This document shows, in pieces, positions 10,922 through 24,600 of a stretch of 64,000 nucleotides of DNA. The stretch lies in assembly GCA_050273025.1 (NCBI GenBank), contig CP158635.1, positions 3,596,001 to 3,660,000 on the forward strand, read 5' to 3'. The position numbers and the translations under genes are program-made. The DNA comes from Cenococcum geophilum (Eukaryota). Position 1 is the stretch's first letter. Each line of letters opens with the position of its first letter. Below the pieces are notes generated by a model, which saw only the letters and a program-made list of their open reading frames with translations, searched no databases and had not been told where the DNA came from.

Positions 10922-13900
10922 CTAGCGGTACTTGGAAAATAAAACCACTTATATATAGCCTCCGTAATTGTCTTAATAGAACTATAAAACACATAAGAAA
11001 ATATATAGGAAATCCCTCCTAAGGTGCCTTCTGGGTTGCCTTCCAAATGGTGCTTCAAGCTAGCCGTAAGTCCTGCTTACGGTCCGTAAAATAAACTGTA
11101 CAGCCTTTTAACGGGCCGAAAATGCTTTATTAGTCTCACTCTACCCATTCTATGACCTTTAGGTTAAGCTTGTTCGTGTTAATTAGGGTTTTAAGAGCTT
11201 AACACAGCTTTGCCTTAGTCATGGCGTCTACTAGGTTGTCTCCGCTGCTAATCTATTTAACCTCCATAATCTCACGTCGTTCGTAGGCCTAACGTAAGCA
11301 CATTAGGTTGACTATGAGCCTCTTCTCTTATATCGTACCTAGTTTAACTAGGTAGTCGTAAAGGGACTTTAAATTGGTGCATAAAACTAGGGGTAACTAC
11401 TCTAGTTATAGAATCTTCTGGACCGTTAATTTGATTACGGCTGCTATATTAAATCCATAAGCTAGTATATATAGTTTAGAAGCTAGTACACTACGGGTTA
11501 CTTATTTGCACTTAATTAAAAACCAGTGCAGTATATTTACGTCCTAATTGCGGTCCGTAAGTACAATTATAAAGCCAATTTATAATAATAGGTCTTTATT
11601 ATTAGTAAAAGATGCGTCCGTAAATACCAGTAGGCTAAGGGAATTTAGGTCTAGTGGTATAAAAGTAAGTCCCCTTGCTGCATTATTAATTTACTACTAA
11701 ATGCGCTTATTATGCTACTTAATATTTTCTTTTTATAGGTCTACTGCCTGGGCTATAAAGGATAGATTATAGGTAGATTTAGGTTAACAGACTATAGCAA
11801 TATAGGCGCCTCTTATACGCTATACAGCGTATTAGTCCTTTATATTTACGGTCTTACGGGTCTCTCCGCGGGAACTAGTAAGGTCCGTAGGTTTTGCTAT
11901 AATAGGCTTTAGGTTTTAAGCTTAGTGTTCCTAAGTTAGCTTAATTAGGTTGCCCTTTTATATAATTAAGCCTCTATTAAACTTAATTAGAGTTTACTTA
12001 GTTAACTGCTCTCGCGGCTTTGCTAAAAACTTTACCTTTTATAGTTTAGTTTCTTTAGCGTCCGCAAAGGTTTAGTCTACTAGGAAGAGGGTATTATCGG
12101 TTTAAAGTTTAATAATGCTAAGGCCGTTTAATAGGGTGTATAAGAGGCAGGGGTTATAGGTCAACTATTCCATTTTAAGTTTACTAACGTAATACTAGTG
12201 GTACGTTTTAAACTAATGGTTTCCGGCTTCTAGTACTCCGTAAAGAGGTTTTATAACCTGTAAAATTATTCCTAGTTATAGGTTAAGCTTGCGGGGTGGT
12301 CGTATAAAGATGTCCCTACTTAGGTAGGTGTTGGACTGCATATAGGCTTGTGAGATATCCCGTAAGTAAAGGGCTATAGGTTTAGTTTACTATAATCTAG
12401 GCATAAGTATAAGTATAATCTGTTAACTAACTTATTAAATTATAGGCAATTGCGTAAAGACTAAACTCTTTCCCTAGTCGTTGTAAGCTTATATAACGAG
12501 CCTTAATTTTTTAAAGGCTTTGTTAGTACTAGGGTGCTTAATTTCGTTAATAAAGCGTAAGTTAAATATATGGACGCCTTACGGAACGTCTTTCTCTATT
12601 ATAACCGCAAAGACGCCCTTTATAATTAGTCCGTTAATCTCTTTACATTATAAGTCTGTAAAAGGGGTTTCCTATATTAGAACTAATATATCTGTAGGCG
12701 GAGATTACCTTGCGGATATACCTACGGAGGTTAGGTAATTCTCCATTACGGGGTTCTTACGGGGGCGTCCTTAGCCACGCTTTACGGCAGGTTTAGTAGG
12801 TTTAGTAGGTTTCTAGGGGACCTCTAGGGTAGGTAAGGGTACTTCTAGTTTATATAATTTGGCGGGTGTTTCTAGTTTACCTAATTTAGTAGGTACTTCT
12901 AGTTCGTCTAGCTTAACGTTATAGGTGTTTTTGGACCGAAAATAGGGTTTTACGGACGTGCTTCTAAAGCTTATTAGTCCGCTAGGGAGCTATATATAGT
13001 AGGTCTTATCTTCTATAGCTAGTAGACGGTAAGGTCTAGTCTAATTACCGCTTTTACGCTATATAAGGACTTTAGAATTAAGCGGGAGATTGTATACTAA
13101 GGTTATATTAGGTCCGTTACGGTAGTGCAGAGCGTTATTAACAGTTTATTTGGCCCGTAATTTAACTATTTCAGCCATTACCTTCTATATTATAGCTGCT
13201 CGTTCTATAATAAACGGGGTAGGTGGGCCTAAGTTGCTTATCCTTAGGTAGGCTCCGTAAACTAAGAGGGTGGGTACTAGCCCGTTAGGGCTAGCGGTGT
13301 TATTAACGGCTTTTACGGCTATCTATAAAGCCAGTTTCTTTTAGATGTCCTTATATTCGTCCGTAATAATCTAGTAAGCTTTCTATAGAGCTAGGTAAGC
13401 TTACTTAATAAGCCTAACAGACCAGTGCGCCTTAACTAGAATGGCTTTTATTAAAATAGCTATGGCCATAGCGTACTATTAAAATTCCTTATTAATAAAG
13501 TTCCTACTAGTGTTATAGGTAATATACTTAGGGGGTCTAACGTATATGTTAATCCAGTAGGTCCGTAAAATATTCTAAGTATATTTTGCGGATATATTTT
13601 ATAACTAACGGGCGGCTTAATAGCGGGTTGTCTCGTCAATTATATATAATACTGGGCTGCCGTTAATGTATATAATATCTACGTACACTAAGTGGTTAAA
13701 ATTAAGGTCTTTATAAAGAGTAAACTTAAATCGGCCTAGGGAACGTCTGTATTTCTAGCAGAAGGAGCAGTATTTAGTTAGGTGGTTAATTGCCTTCCTA
13801 TTAACATCGTTATGTTTAGAACGTTTAAGGACTCTATACAGCTTTTCGGCTAACAGGTAGCCGAAACAGCGGTATAGGCGGTGGATTTCCGTACTAGTGA

Positions 13901-16112
13901 GGTAGCACGGGTTATAGTTAAAAGATTCCTAAATATAGGTCCGTAAAGTCTCTCCCTATATAAGGAACGGGTGTCTAAATTATCGTGTAATTAGTAGGGT
14001 AATATTCTTACTTTTTAGGGCAGTTGCGGGGCCAATTAGGGTATCTGTAACATTGTTATAGTAAACCTATAGTCTGTCTATATCCGCAAGGTAGAGTAAG
14101 AAAGGGGTATCCGCTTTTACTATATGGAAGTTAACTGGGCTAATTAGAGTCTTAACTTTAACTAATCTAATTAATGCGGTTAAGCTAATGCCAAATTAGA
14201 CGTTTACGGCCCCAGTTTATATAGTATTAATATCCGTATTATTATTTGTGGTGGTCTTATATGCAAGATATTGTCCGTAACCTACAGTAGACTTCTTAGA
14301 GGCACCTATATTAATCATAACGCCGTAGAATTCTTTAGGGGTATAGCGTTTAGTAGTGATATATGTAAATAGGTCCTGTTCGCGGTCTATAATGTCCATA
14401 ATAGGTTTAACAGGTATACTTATGGGCTGGTTTTTAGGTGTAATTAAGTGTACGAAGGAGTGGTTGGCTAATACGGTCGTAATATTAAAGGCTTAGCCGT
14501 TTATAAAAGGTCTAAAAGTAGTTAGGAACGTCTCTAAGGTCTCCTATTTCTAAGTATTTAAGTTAAAGTTAATTATAAGGGCTTCTATTAACTTGTTAAG
14601 AGACTCCTCCATTTCCTCTCCTTTGGAGTCTAAGATAAACTGGTTAATCCGATTGTCAAATCTCTTCTTAGACTTGTTACGTTCTTTCTAGGTATGCCTT
14701 ATAGACCAATATTCTTCCTTGCCGTATATAAAGTACTTCTGGCTAGTTTATTTATAGGGGTATACTTTTATACAGGGGTTGCTGCGGGGGTTATAGGTAG
14801 GACTTGGTCGGTACAGGTGCTACTAGCGGTAGCGGCGGTCCATAAAGTAGACGTCTAAGTCTATTTACGGATATTAAATATCTGTAATAAAGGCTTAAGT
14901 GCTGCCTGGCGGGTTTAAGGCTTTATACGTTGTAATAGAGGACCGTAAATCGTTAATAAGGCCAGCTACGGTATCTGTGGGCTTATAATAGGCATATTTA
15001 TAGGGTTCTATTTCCTGGCAAGCCGTAATAAGTTTATTATGCAGGAAGTCGTCCGTTTAAAGCTTAATATTAAGACCGTGCTATAGGTAGCAGAGGTCTT
15101 TAATAAGGATTTGCAGGCACTCTATAGTCGATTTTTTAGTATTCTTGTCCATTATAGTCCGTAACTTAGTCGCATTCTATTGGGTAAGGATATTACGCTT
15201 ATATTCTGGTCCTTTAAAGTAGTTATATGTGGCTTCGTATAGCTTATTAAATGGAACACTAAGGGGGTTGCTCTTAAGGTTGGTGTAGTAGTAGTTAAGG
15301 GCTAGGCCGCGTAGTATAGTAGAGTAGGCTTAGCCAAACTCCTGTTTAGAAATATCGGCCTTCTAACAAAGGTCCGTAAAGATAGTCAGTTTGAAGTTAA
15401 AATTGTCGTTTTTACTGCTGTACTTTGATTTATTGGTATAGAGCTTGGCTAGGTTAGCTAGCTCCTTACCATAGGTCTTTGCTTAGGTAGCTTACGGATT
15501 TATAACTTGCAGATCTGTGGCTTGCGGATATATAGCTTGTGGATATATAGTTTGTGGATATATAGTTTATAGATCTGTGACTTAAATAACGGGGGTAATT
15601 TGGTCCGTATTTTAGTTTATAGGGGTGTTATAGTCCGTGACTTGGGTTACGGGGGTATTGCGGTCCGTAGCTTAAGAATAGGGTATGCTTTAGCCTGTAA
15701 GATTAATTCCAAATACACTTAGGTTTATTGGACGAATTTAGTTAAGTATATTAGGTATAAGGCCAGCAATCCTATTAAGTTTAGAAGAAGTAAAGAGTTC
15801 GTTAGTGGCCTTAACCTAGTCTAGGATTTCCTCTTTAGTCTATTCCGTTTGGTCTTCCTTATATAGTATATTATACAGGGACTGTGCAATAGTAACTCGT
15901 TTATCTTTTTTAACCTATATACCTTAGTGACGCAAAAGGTTTTATAGGTTACGGATAGGTATAATACTGCAAGCCTTAAAAATAGCTTCCGTAAAGTCTG
16001 TAAAGTCTTCCTTATATTGCTCCCATAGGTCGTCATTTATAAGCTTATAATGTCCGTATTTAAGGACTTTAAACTTAATATAGTTATTAACGTTGTTTAT
16101 AGACGTAAGGTC

Positions 16113-19100
16113 CAGTATATCTAACAGCCAGCGCTTAGCGAGCTTCTTAGCAGCGAGCGAGAGCTAGGGCCACCAATCAAATCGCTCGCTATTCGCTGCA
16201 CCAAAATAGGCAGGCTCGCTATTCGCTATCAGCCTAATTTCTTAATTAGGCAAATTATAGGGATTAAATAGTGTTTTATATTAGATTTTTTAGCAGAACC
16301 TCTGTATGTACAATATTAACATTGCCCAATTAAAAATCCTCCTTAATTTATCTAGTATAGTATTTAAATATTATAGAAACCGCTTAGCGCGTATAGAGGC
16401 TCAAATAAGGTAGGTAATAAGGTAGGTAATAAGGAAGGTAGTAAGGGCTCTAGAGGCTCTATTTTTGTATTAGATCTTAATTTAATGCAAGGCTTAAGTA
16501 AAAAAAGCTTACTAAGCTAGTGTTTCTGCCTCCGCATTAAGCTTATAGCCAGTAAGATTAATATTAAAGCTCATTAACTAGGGCGTAGTTAAGGCTCTAT
16601 TAGTGTTAATACAGTCAATTAAACTGCTTAATAAAAGGCCTTTAAGCAGCTACCATTTTTGATATTAATCTGCTTTAATTATATCGGCTAATAGTCTATT
16701 ACGCTTATTAGTAACAATCTTTTTAGCTTAACTAAAGACTCATTCGTATATAGAGCTTATAGCTAGTATAAAGAAGATATTAAGAGCAATCTTGGCAAGT
16801 GTTAGATAGAGGATTTAACCAACTTTAAGCCACTAGGTAAGAGGGTTAGAAACAACATCGTTTACCTTATCGCTATCGTCAGTACGGATCTTAATGAGCT
16901 TAAGGCCTGCGTCATAGTAGCGATCAAGCTCACTAGCAAGCTTAATACGCTTTTAACTGCGCCTAAAGGATATAAGGCTCTCATCTACAACTAACAACTG
17001 CGCATATTTATTAGCTGAATCGTTATTAGATTTGCAAGGAACCTTCCTACATTATAGCTTAACTGGTTCCTCATCTTCCTTATCTTCTTAATTATTAATA
17101 TAGTCAGCAAATATAGTTTCCATATACCACTCAGCGTGCTTCCACCATTAAGGCCACCGTTTCCATTTATTACGAAAGTAGGCTCGTTTAAGTAACGGAT
17201 AAAGAATTACTACGGCAAAGTAGTAAGGGCTCTTATCTATTATTTTGTCAAAATATTTATTAATCTTTTAGATAGCCATATTAACGCCCAATTTAAGGAA
17301 GGAGTTGCTTTCATTCTTAAGGCTCTACTAAGTTCGCTAGAGAATTTAATAAAGGAGCTCTATATTAGTGATCGACTCCCATAGAGCGCTATATAAGCCT
17401 TTAACACTAAGGCTATTAGCGTCGCCTTCTATACGCTTAGTAGCTAATATAAAAGGCTTTAGGATCTTAATGAGCTGCTCTACCTACTTCCAATCGTCAT
17501 TAGTGAGCGAGTCCTGTGTTAGATCGTAGCTATTATTAGCTGGTTTCCTCTAAGCAAGCAGATATTTATTAATTGCTTTATAAAAAAGCAATACATAGCG
17601 GAGTATAAAATAGGTAGAATTCCACCAAACGCCTCCGTCCTTAATAAGCATAAGCTCTATATAATTAAATAGCTCATCCTCTATGCAGGTATTAAGCTAA
17701 TTCTTAGCGAAGTCCTTGCGGCGTCCTGTTGATCGCATAATATATTTAACAATATTGTAAACCTTACCCACAAAGCCTTTCTGCCGCATAAGGTCGAATT
17801 TAACTTAGTCACTCGCACTAATTAGAAGGCGTTTAAGCTTACCTACGCCTTTGCTATATATTAGGGCCTTAATAATAAGGTTAATAATATAACCAGCGCA
17901 CTAAAGCCGTTCCTTTTTGGGCACTAAGAGGCTTTATAAAAGGTAAGTATAGAGGTCGTTATTATTACTAGCATTATCGGTTATTAAGCAACTAAGCTTA
18001 TAATTAAATTAATACTTTTTAATTACCTCCGCCAAAGCCGTCGCGATATTCTTAGTAGTATGTGATCCTCGCAGCCGTAAAAGCCCTAAAAGTACTAATT
18101 AAAGCTTGCCGTCTTTATTAATAAAATAAGCCACTATACCAAGTAGTAATATTCCATTTGTAGACGTCCAGATATCGCAGCTAAGGTGGATTTTACTAAG
18201 CGCGGTAAGAAGGAGGTCTTTAATACTAATGTGTCGCTATTTAAATAAGGCTTTAATCCAATCGCTTAATAACGTGGGCGCCTTTATAAGACACTCCTAT
18301 ATCTAAGGACGATTAAATATAAGCAGAGCGCGCGTATAAGTACTAGTGGCTTAATAGAAGGCAATATCCTGTAGAATCGTCCAATTAATATATACTTAAA
18401 TATAGCCAGCTGCCCAAAACGGCTAGCGTTTATGGCCACCTCCTAAAGTAGATAAAGCTTAAACGGCTGCTTTAAATGGGCTTAACGGAATTAGTAATTA
18501 TATATTACTCTTATAGCCTCTAGGGCCTACATTAATGTTATACTTTAATCTTAAATGGCCAATAATATAATCGTTGCCGTTAATTATAAGTAAAGAACTT
18601 TATTTTTAAGCTAGGTAGCAGATTCTACATAGCTAGAGTCTCTTTGTGCCCATAGGACCATCCTAAAAAAGGTCTGCTCTATACTGCTAAATAGCTAATA
18701 TTAAAGCTTTGCTAGATATTAACCGCTTATAAAGAACCCGGTATCCATATTTACTAATAAGCTTACTATACTTTTATAGGTAGAGATTATCCTAGTTAAT
18801 AGAAAAGATACAGCCGTAGTTCTAATTAGCTAGAGGAGGCTTTCGTAATATACCGGCGGAGGAAAGATTGTTTTAATCGCCCGATTTAGTATCATCGTTA
18901 ATTAGAAGGGGAGAAGCAGTTAATTAATAAAGCCTAGATATTAAAGAGCTTAATTAACGCGTAGATTGTAGAGATGATAAAAAAGAAGTAAAAGAGGAAG
19001 CTCTACTACCTAGTTAACGTGTAGAAAGTAAGGTTCTTTACATAGTAGTAGTTAACTTTTAGTAAGATATTAAGTAGAGGACCCTTACGCGTGCATGGAG

Positions 19101-19390
19101 AAATCGGGGAAAATGCTATATTTACTATAGATAAGCGAGAGTTTCCCAGGGGTTTCTCACTGCTTGGCGTATAGCTAATCCTCCGAATATCGGCCGAATA
19201 TCCTTATAATCTACAAGAAGCTTTAAGACACCAAAAATTCTTCCTTACCTTACTACTAAGGCAGCGAGCTGATAGCGCGCTATAACTTTATTGCTCGCTA
19301 ACTCTAAAAATAAAGACCGCTCGCTGGCTGCTTATATTATTAGCTTCTTGGCAGCGTCGCTGCCAGCGACGCTGGCTGTTGGACATACTG
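16113..19390 (-). mobile_element. Complete hAT-superfamily DNA transposon (3278 bp)
   Basis: 21-bp TIRs CAGTATATCTAACAGCCAGCG and CAGTATGTCCAACAGCCAGCG (reverse complement of right end); 8-bp TSD GTAAGGTC at 16105-16112 and 19391-19398; subterminal GCTCGCT repeats. Confidence 0.96.
16560..19043 (-). pseudogene. hAT transposase with RIP stops
   Basis: ATG at 19043 is in frame with a BED-like *LCRICY motif. Also CDIWTS, CAGYIINL (CxxH), WNSTY and a C-terminal AISSIYE*VFS dimerisation-type motif. 3' end is approximate. Confidence 0.9.
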
Positions 19391-19829
19391 GTAAGGTCAA
19401 CTCCTTAGCTCCATTTCTCTTAACCTTTATTAATTTACTTACTTATGTCTGCTATACTGTATAGTATAGTACGTAGTGGGGTAGAAAAGGTCTTATAGTG
19501 GTCCGTAAAGGCGGTTAATAGGTCCGTAACGGTTTATAGAAGGGTAGGGGGTTTCTATAAGGTCTTATAACGGTCTATAAAGGTAATTAGTAGGTCCGTA
19601 GTGGTTCGCGGGAGGGTAGAGGGTTTTATAAAGGTCTATATTCGCGTTTATAAACTTTTAGTAAACCGTATTAAGACTTAAATAAGTATACAGAGTTGGT
19701 AATAGGTCTGTAATTCTTCACCTTCCAACCTTCCGGCAGGTTGTATTGGGATTAAATGGGTGGTCGCTGTCGTATATCGCTCGGGGGAGGTATTAAGTAA
19801 TTTTTAATCTGTACGCGCTTACTAATTAG

Positions 19830-20100
19830 TATTTATACTAACTTAATAGTACGAGTAAGTTAGATCTAGGGGCATGAAATACATATAGTATTATATGCTC
19901 GCTTGGATAATAGTAACTGTCGGTTATATAAAGCAGACTATATAGTCTATATACTGCTGCGCCTCCCCCCTAATTAGTTAGTGCTTTAGAAGTGCACCAG
20001 ACGCGTAAGCGGGTGGTTGGTGCACTAAACGCGTAAACGCGTACTCGGCGTACCGAACGCGTAAGCACGCACTAGGTACGATAGGTGCTGTAATTATACA
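19830..20100 (-). repeat. 5' LTR of Copia 1
   Basis: Direct repeat of 10651-10921, followed on the element strand by CTAATTAGT. Confidence 0.95.
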
Positions 20101-21498
20101 CATTCTTTTATAAGGAATTTTTTTAGTTAAAGTATTAAATCTCCTAATTCCTAAACTTTTATTAGATGCTATCTGTGTATATATTTAGTATTTCTATATT
20201 ATTACTTATCTAGCGCCTAATATATCCTTATAGAGTACTTTTAATTTTTCTCTTTTAGATTCTTATATATTTTGTATATATTGTCTATATATATAATCTA
20301 TAATAGCGTATAATATACTAGGTGCTTTAAGTTAACTCTTAATTTATCTTTATCTTTAAGTTTAAACCTTTATTATATTAATCTAAACATTATAACTTTA
20401 TTTATAGGTATTAAGATATATTTCTTACTTCTCTAATCCTCTAATTATTCCTCTAGGTCTTTTAGTATTATAATTAAGGCTCCTTTAATATAACTTATTA
20501 CCTTTTCTATAATAGGGTAGTCCTAAATAGCTTTCTTATTTAACTATATATAGAAATCTTCCCACTTATCGTTATATCGCTGCCTATACTACTTTTAGTA
20601 TAGCTACTAGAGTATATATAGCTTATCCGTAAAGAAGTATCTTCTTATTACTATATTATAATAGCCCTTTATATACCGTTTTTTAAATTTAGTAAAAATC
20701 CCTAAATCCTCTTTATTTTCTAGTTTAGTAAGCTACTTAGCTCTTAGCGTACCTGCCCTAAGCCTATTAGTAATTCTTTATATAGATGCTCTATCCCTTA
20801 TATAACCTAGTATACTAATTCTCTAATCTAGTTTCTATTCTTATTATATAAGGATTCTCTATCTAAATTTCTCTATATTTTCTTTTAGTTTTTGCCTTCT
20901 AAGTAGATCCTTAAAGTCTTCTTACTTCTTAATTTTAATTTATTTAATAGTCCTTATTTATATCTAAAAGTCATAGTCCTATAAGATTCTTAATCCTAAG
21001 CTTACTTCTTTCTTAAGCTTTACTCTAGCCTTAGTCTAACTAGGCTTCTATAGTGTTCTTATTTTATTTTAAAGGTTTTTTAATCTTACTTATCTTATCT
21101 TAAGAGTGTTATACCTTTAGAAAACTTTATCCTAAGCTTATTTATATATTACTAAACTAAGCCGTTACTTTACTCTATCGGTTATTATCTATTATAGGTC
21201 CTTAAGCTTACCTTATCTTATCTTAAAAATCTTAGTTATCTCTTATCTCTTCTTAAGAATCTTAAGCCCGTAGCCTTTTGCCTTTATTAAGTACTAAAGT
21301 AGTTTATTACCCTACTTCCCTTATATCTTATAAAGCGATAGATATTATATTTAGTAGGGTTCTAATCCCTACTAATATTCCCTATTCTGTAGTGGAATTA
21401 TCTTTTACCTCTTTTATAATATTTTTAAGGTCTATATACTCTTAATAAGCTACTTTTATTACCTTATTATTACTAAATATTTTACCTATATTAAATTT

Positions 21499-21668
21499 TG
21501 TCAGTATACTCGCTTTATCAACGTGCACGAATATCACTTATAGTGGTACGTATGCGGTATTAAAGTTAGTAGTTGATGATGTCTAGAAATAGGGGTTTAC
21601 TCTAAGGTTAGATTAGCTAGTCTTACTTTATGGTCTTATAACCACGTTATATAACTAACATTCCGACA
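21499..21668 (-). repeat. 3' LTR of Copia 2
   Basis: TGTCAG...CCGACA, repeated at 27678-27847. Confidence 0.95.
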
Positions 21669-24600
21669 TTAGAGTAACTCTAAGAAGAAGGCTAATCTAT
21701 ACTCTAAAGCTAAGTCTGTTTCTAGACTATTTATAGTATATACGCAATAGCTAAAGATCTAATTAATACGTAATAGTTTCCACGCTCCTCTTATAGGTCC
21801 GTAATTACATAACTAGTATTACGGCTTATACTAATACCTCTAAACTAAAGCTTATAGAATGCTATATTACGGGGACACTAAGCTAAGGAAAAGAAGGAGA
21901 AGGATTGTTAGGGGTAGTAGGTTAATATATTGCGAGGGCCGCTAAGGCGCTAGTAGTAAGCGAGCTAATAGCGATTTTTTATCCCGGGGATGGAAAATCC
22001 TAATTAGCTGGTTAAATTTAGGGTCCGCAGAATATAGCGGGTGGCGTACCCTAGCACCGTCACGACCCAAAAACTACCTTCTATTGCTCCTTACGCTCTA
22101 CCTAACCTACAGCCTATATATTGACCTAGTTCGTGTTAATAAGTCACTATAGGGCGACATAAGGCTTCCCCTTAGTCATTGCGTCCGTAGGGTTAGCTTC
22201 ACTATTAATCTATTTAACCTCCGTAATCTGCCGACGTTTATAGGCTTATTGCAGGCATATTATATTAATTATCAATCGCTTCTCTTATATGGTTCTAAGT
22301 CGTATAAAATAGTTATATAGCGACTTAGAATCGGTGTAAAGCATAAGCGGGAGGTTAATCTGTAAGACCTTATCTACCGTAGACTTAATAGCGACGGCGA
22401 TATTAAAGCCGTAAGCCATTCTGTAGAGTTTAGAAGCTAGAACGCTTCTGGTAACTCTTTTACACTTAATTAAGCTCTAATGGATAACGTTGGCCTTCTT
22501 AGTTGCGTCAGCTAGTACAATAACGTAGCCAATTTGCGAAGAGAGGTCCTTATTATTAGTAAAGGAAGCGTCTATAAAGACTAAGAGCTATAGGGTCTTA
22601 GCCTCTAATTTAATAAACTTAAGACCTCTATATAAGTTCTGAATCTACCAACTTAGGCGCTTATTTAACTCCTTTACGTCTATCTCTTTAGAATTAGTTA
22701 CCTAGGTAGTAAAGGATAAGTTAAATAAAGCCTCTAGTTAACAGACTAAGGCGATATAGGCTCCTCTAGCGCGTTAAGCGATATACTAGTCCTTTGGCGT
22801 AAGTAGGCCGTATATAATTCCTCTAGAGCTAGTGCTGTTTGCTAGCGTAGTATTAACTACACTAAGGTTCTTACACTGGCGCTTTTGCGTTAGCGTAATA
22901 CTCTTATCTTATACCAATTAAATAAGTCCTCCATTAAACTTAACTAGTGTATTAGTGGTTAGTTACTCTCGCTCCTTAGCTATAAATTCAGCCTTATATA
23001 GTTTGCTTTATTTAGCCTCTATAAAGGTATTATTTACAAGGAACAGCGTATTATTAGTTTATAAGCCGACAATTCTAAAAGGTTTGTTGCTGTAAAGCAA
23101 GCAAGGGTCGTACATAGACTGGTCCATTTATAGCTAATTGATATAGTATAAATAGTAGGTCTTAAACTAATAGTTTCCAGCTTTAGGCACTTTATAAAGT
23201 GGCTTTACAACCTTTAGAACGGAGTCCTTATTAATTCCCAATTGTTTATTTAGCTCGTGTGGTGGTTATACGTAGAACTCGCAGTTTAGGTTCGTAGTAG
23301 ACTAGATATAGGCTTATAAGATATCTTAGAGGTAGAGTTATATCTATAGTAGCGTAGCAGCGATACAGAGAATTAGCCGCTGGCTAACTCGTTGAATTGT
23401 TAGTAACTAAGTAAGGACTAGCTCTTTCTCTAAATCGTTATAGGCCTGTATAACAAGTCGTAATTTCTTAAAGGCTTTATTGGTTCCCTTATTCTTAATC
23501 TTATTAATAAACCGTAAATTAAAGAGTCTGACCCCCTTTAGCATATTGTATAGTTTAATAATCTTAAAGACGCCTTTCTTAAGTAGGCCTATGACCTCCT
23601 TTTACCGTAAAGCGCTAAACTAGGTATTACCATCGTTCTATAAATAGTAGTATTAGCTATATCTGCGGTATCGTTGTCCTGCAAGTAGATAGCGATATCG
23701 GCTATATCTGCAATATCACCCATAAGGGCATCTATGTCTATTATAGCGTCCGTAACAGCTGTGTCTGCAACGGCTATAAGCAATAAGTATTTATAGGGGC
23801 GACCTCTGCCTCGCTTTAGCGGTAGCTATAGTTTAGATTTAGGTAACGATTAAGGTTTAGCTAGTATAGGTACTAGTTTAGCTAATTTAACAGACTTTTG
23901 TGGTTCAACTAAGTCTTATAGGTCTAGTAGGTAAGGTTTTATAACCGTAGAGCGGAAGGTCGTAGGCCTATTTAGTAGCTTTACGGTGTAGGTTTTACTG
24001 TTAACGGTAAGTAGTATATATAGCCCGTCCCAATAACCGCTTTAGCTAGTATTGCCTTCTCTCCAGACTAAGACAGGCGAACTAGGTAGGAGGCTATAAA
24101 TAGCATTAGTTTGTTGTCTATTTCGCGTATTAAAAGCGTTAGCAATTTATTATTTAGCTCAAAGCTTCTAGATTTCCACTATTGCTTTCTTAATGGCCGT
24201 AGCTCGCTATGCGACTAAAGGTAATAGTATGTCCGATTTAACCATTTAGGGGTAGGCTCTAAAGACTAGGAGTGTAGGGACTAGGCCTTCTAGGCCAGCC
24301 GTGTTATTAATAGCTTTAAAAGCCATTTATAGGGCTATCTCCTTACTGATTTCAGGGATTTCAGATATAATGATTTGGTAGGCTCGTCGTAGCGGACTAT
24401 AGTAGCGCTCTACCATTCCAATGGAATTGTGTAATTCGACTGGAACTGACTTTATAGTTACTCCTATAGTAGCAGCGTAGTGCTTAAACTCCTTACTGAT
24501 AAAGTTCTTCCCAGCGTTTATGGTAATTAAGTCTGGTAGTCCTAAATAGCTGTCAATCTAGCACATTCGTAGAACGTCCTAAGTGTGCTTAGCGCTAATA

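Larger units (their letters stand above)
10651..20100 (-). mobile_element. Full-length Ty1/Copia element 1 (GalEa-like), RIP-inactivated, containing a hAT insertion
   Basis: 271-bp LTRs at 10651-10921 and 19830-20100; TSD CATTC at 10646-10650 and 20101-20105. Order PR-IN-RT-RH with YLRDISQAY and L*TDNTL (ancestral LQTDDTL), and a gag C-x2-C-x4-C-x4-H motif at about 14693-14737. Confidence 0.95.

Noticed and set aside
12520..12738. 72-aa plus-strand ORF
   Set aside because: Antisense to the Copia 1 RT region.
14217..14399. 60-aa ORF as a stand-alone gene
   Set aside because: It is a stop-free piece of the Copia 1 protease (INIGAS from IDTGAS).
15821..16036. 71-aa minus-strand ORF
   Set aside because: Lies within the RIP-degraded gag region of Copia 1; no independent support.
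23589..23783. 64-aa DIAD-rich ORF
   Set aside because: Fragment of the Copia 2 integrase-RT linker.
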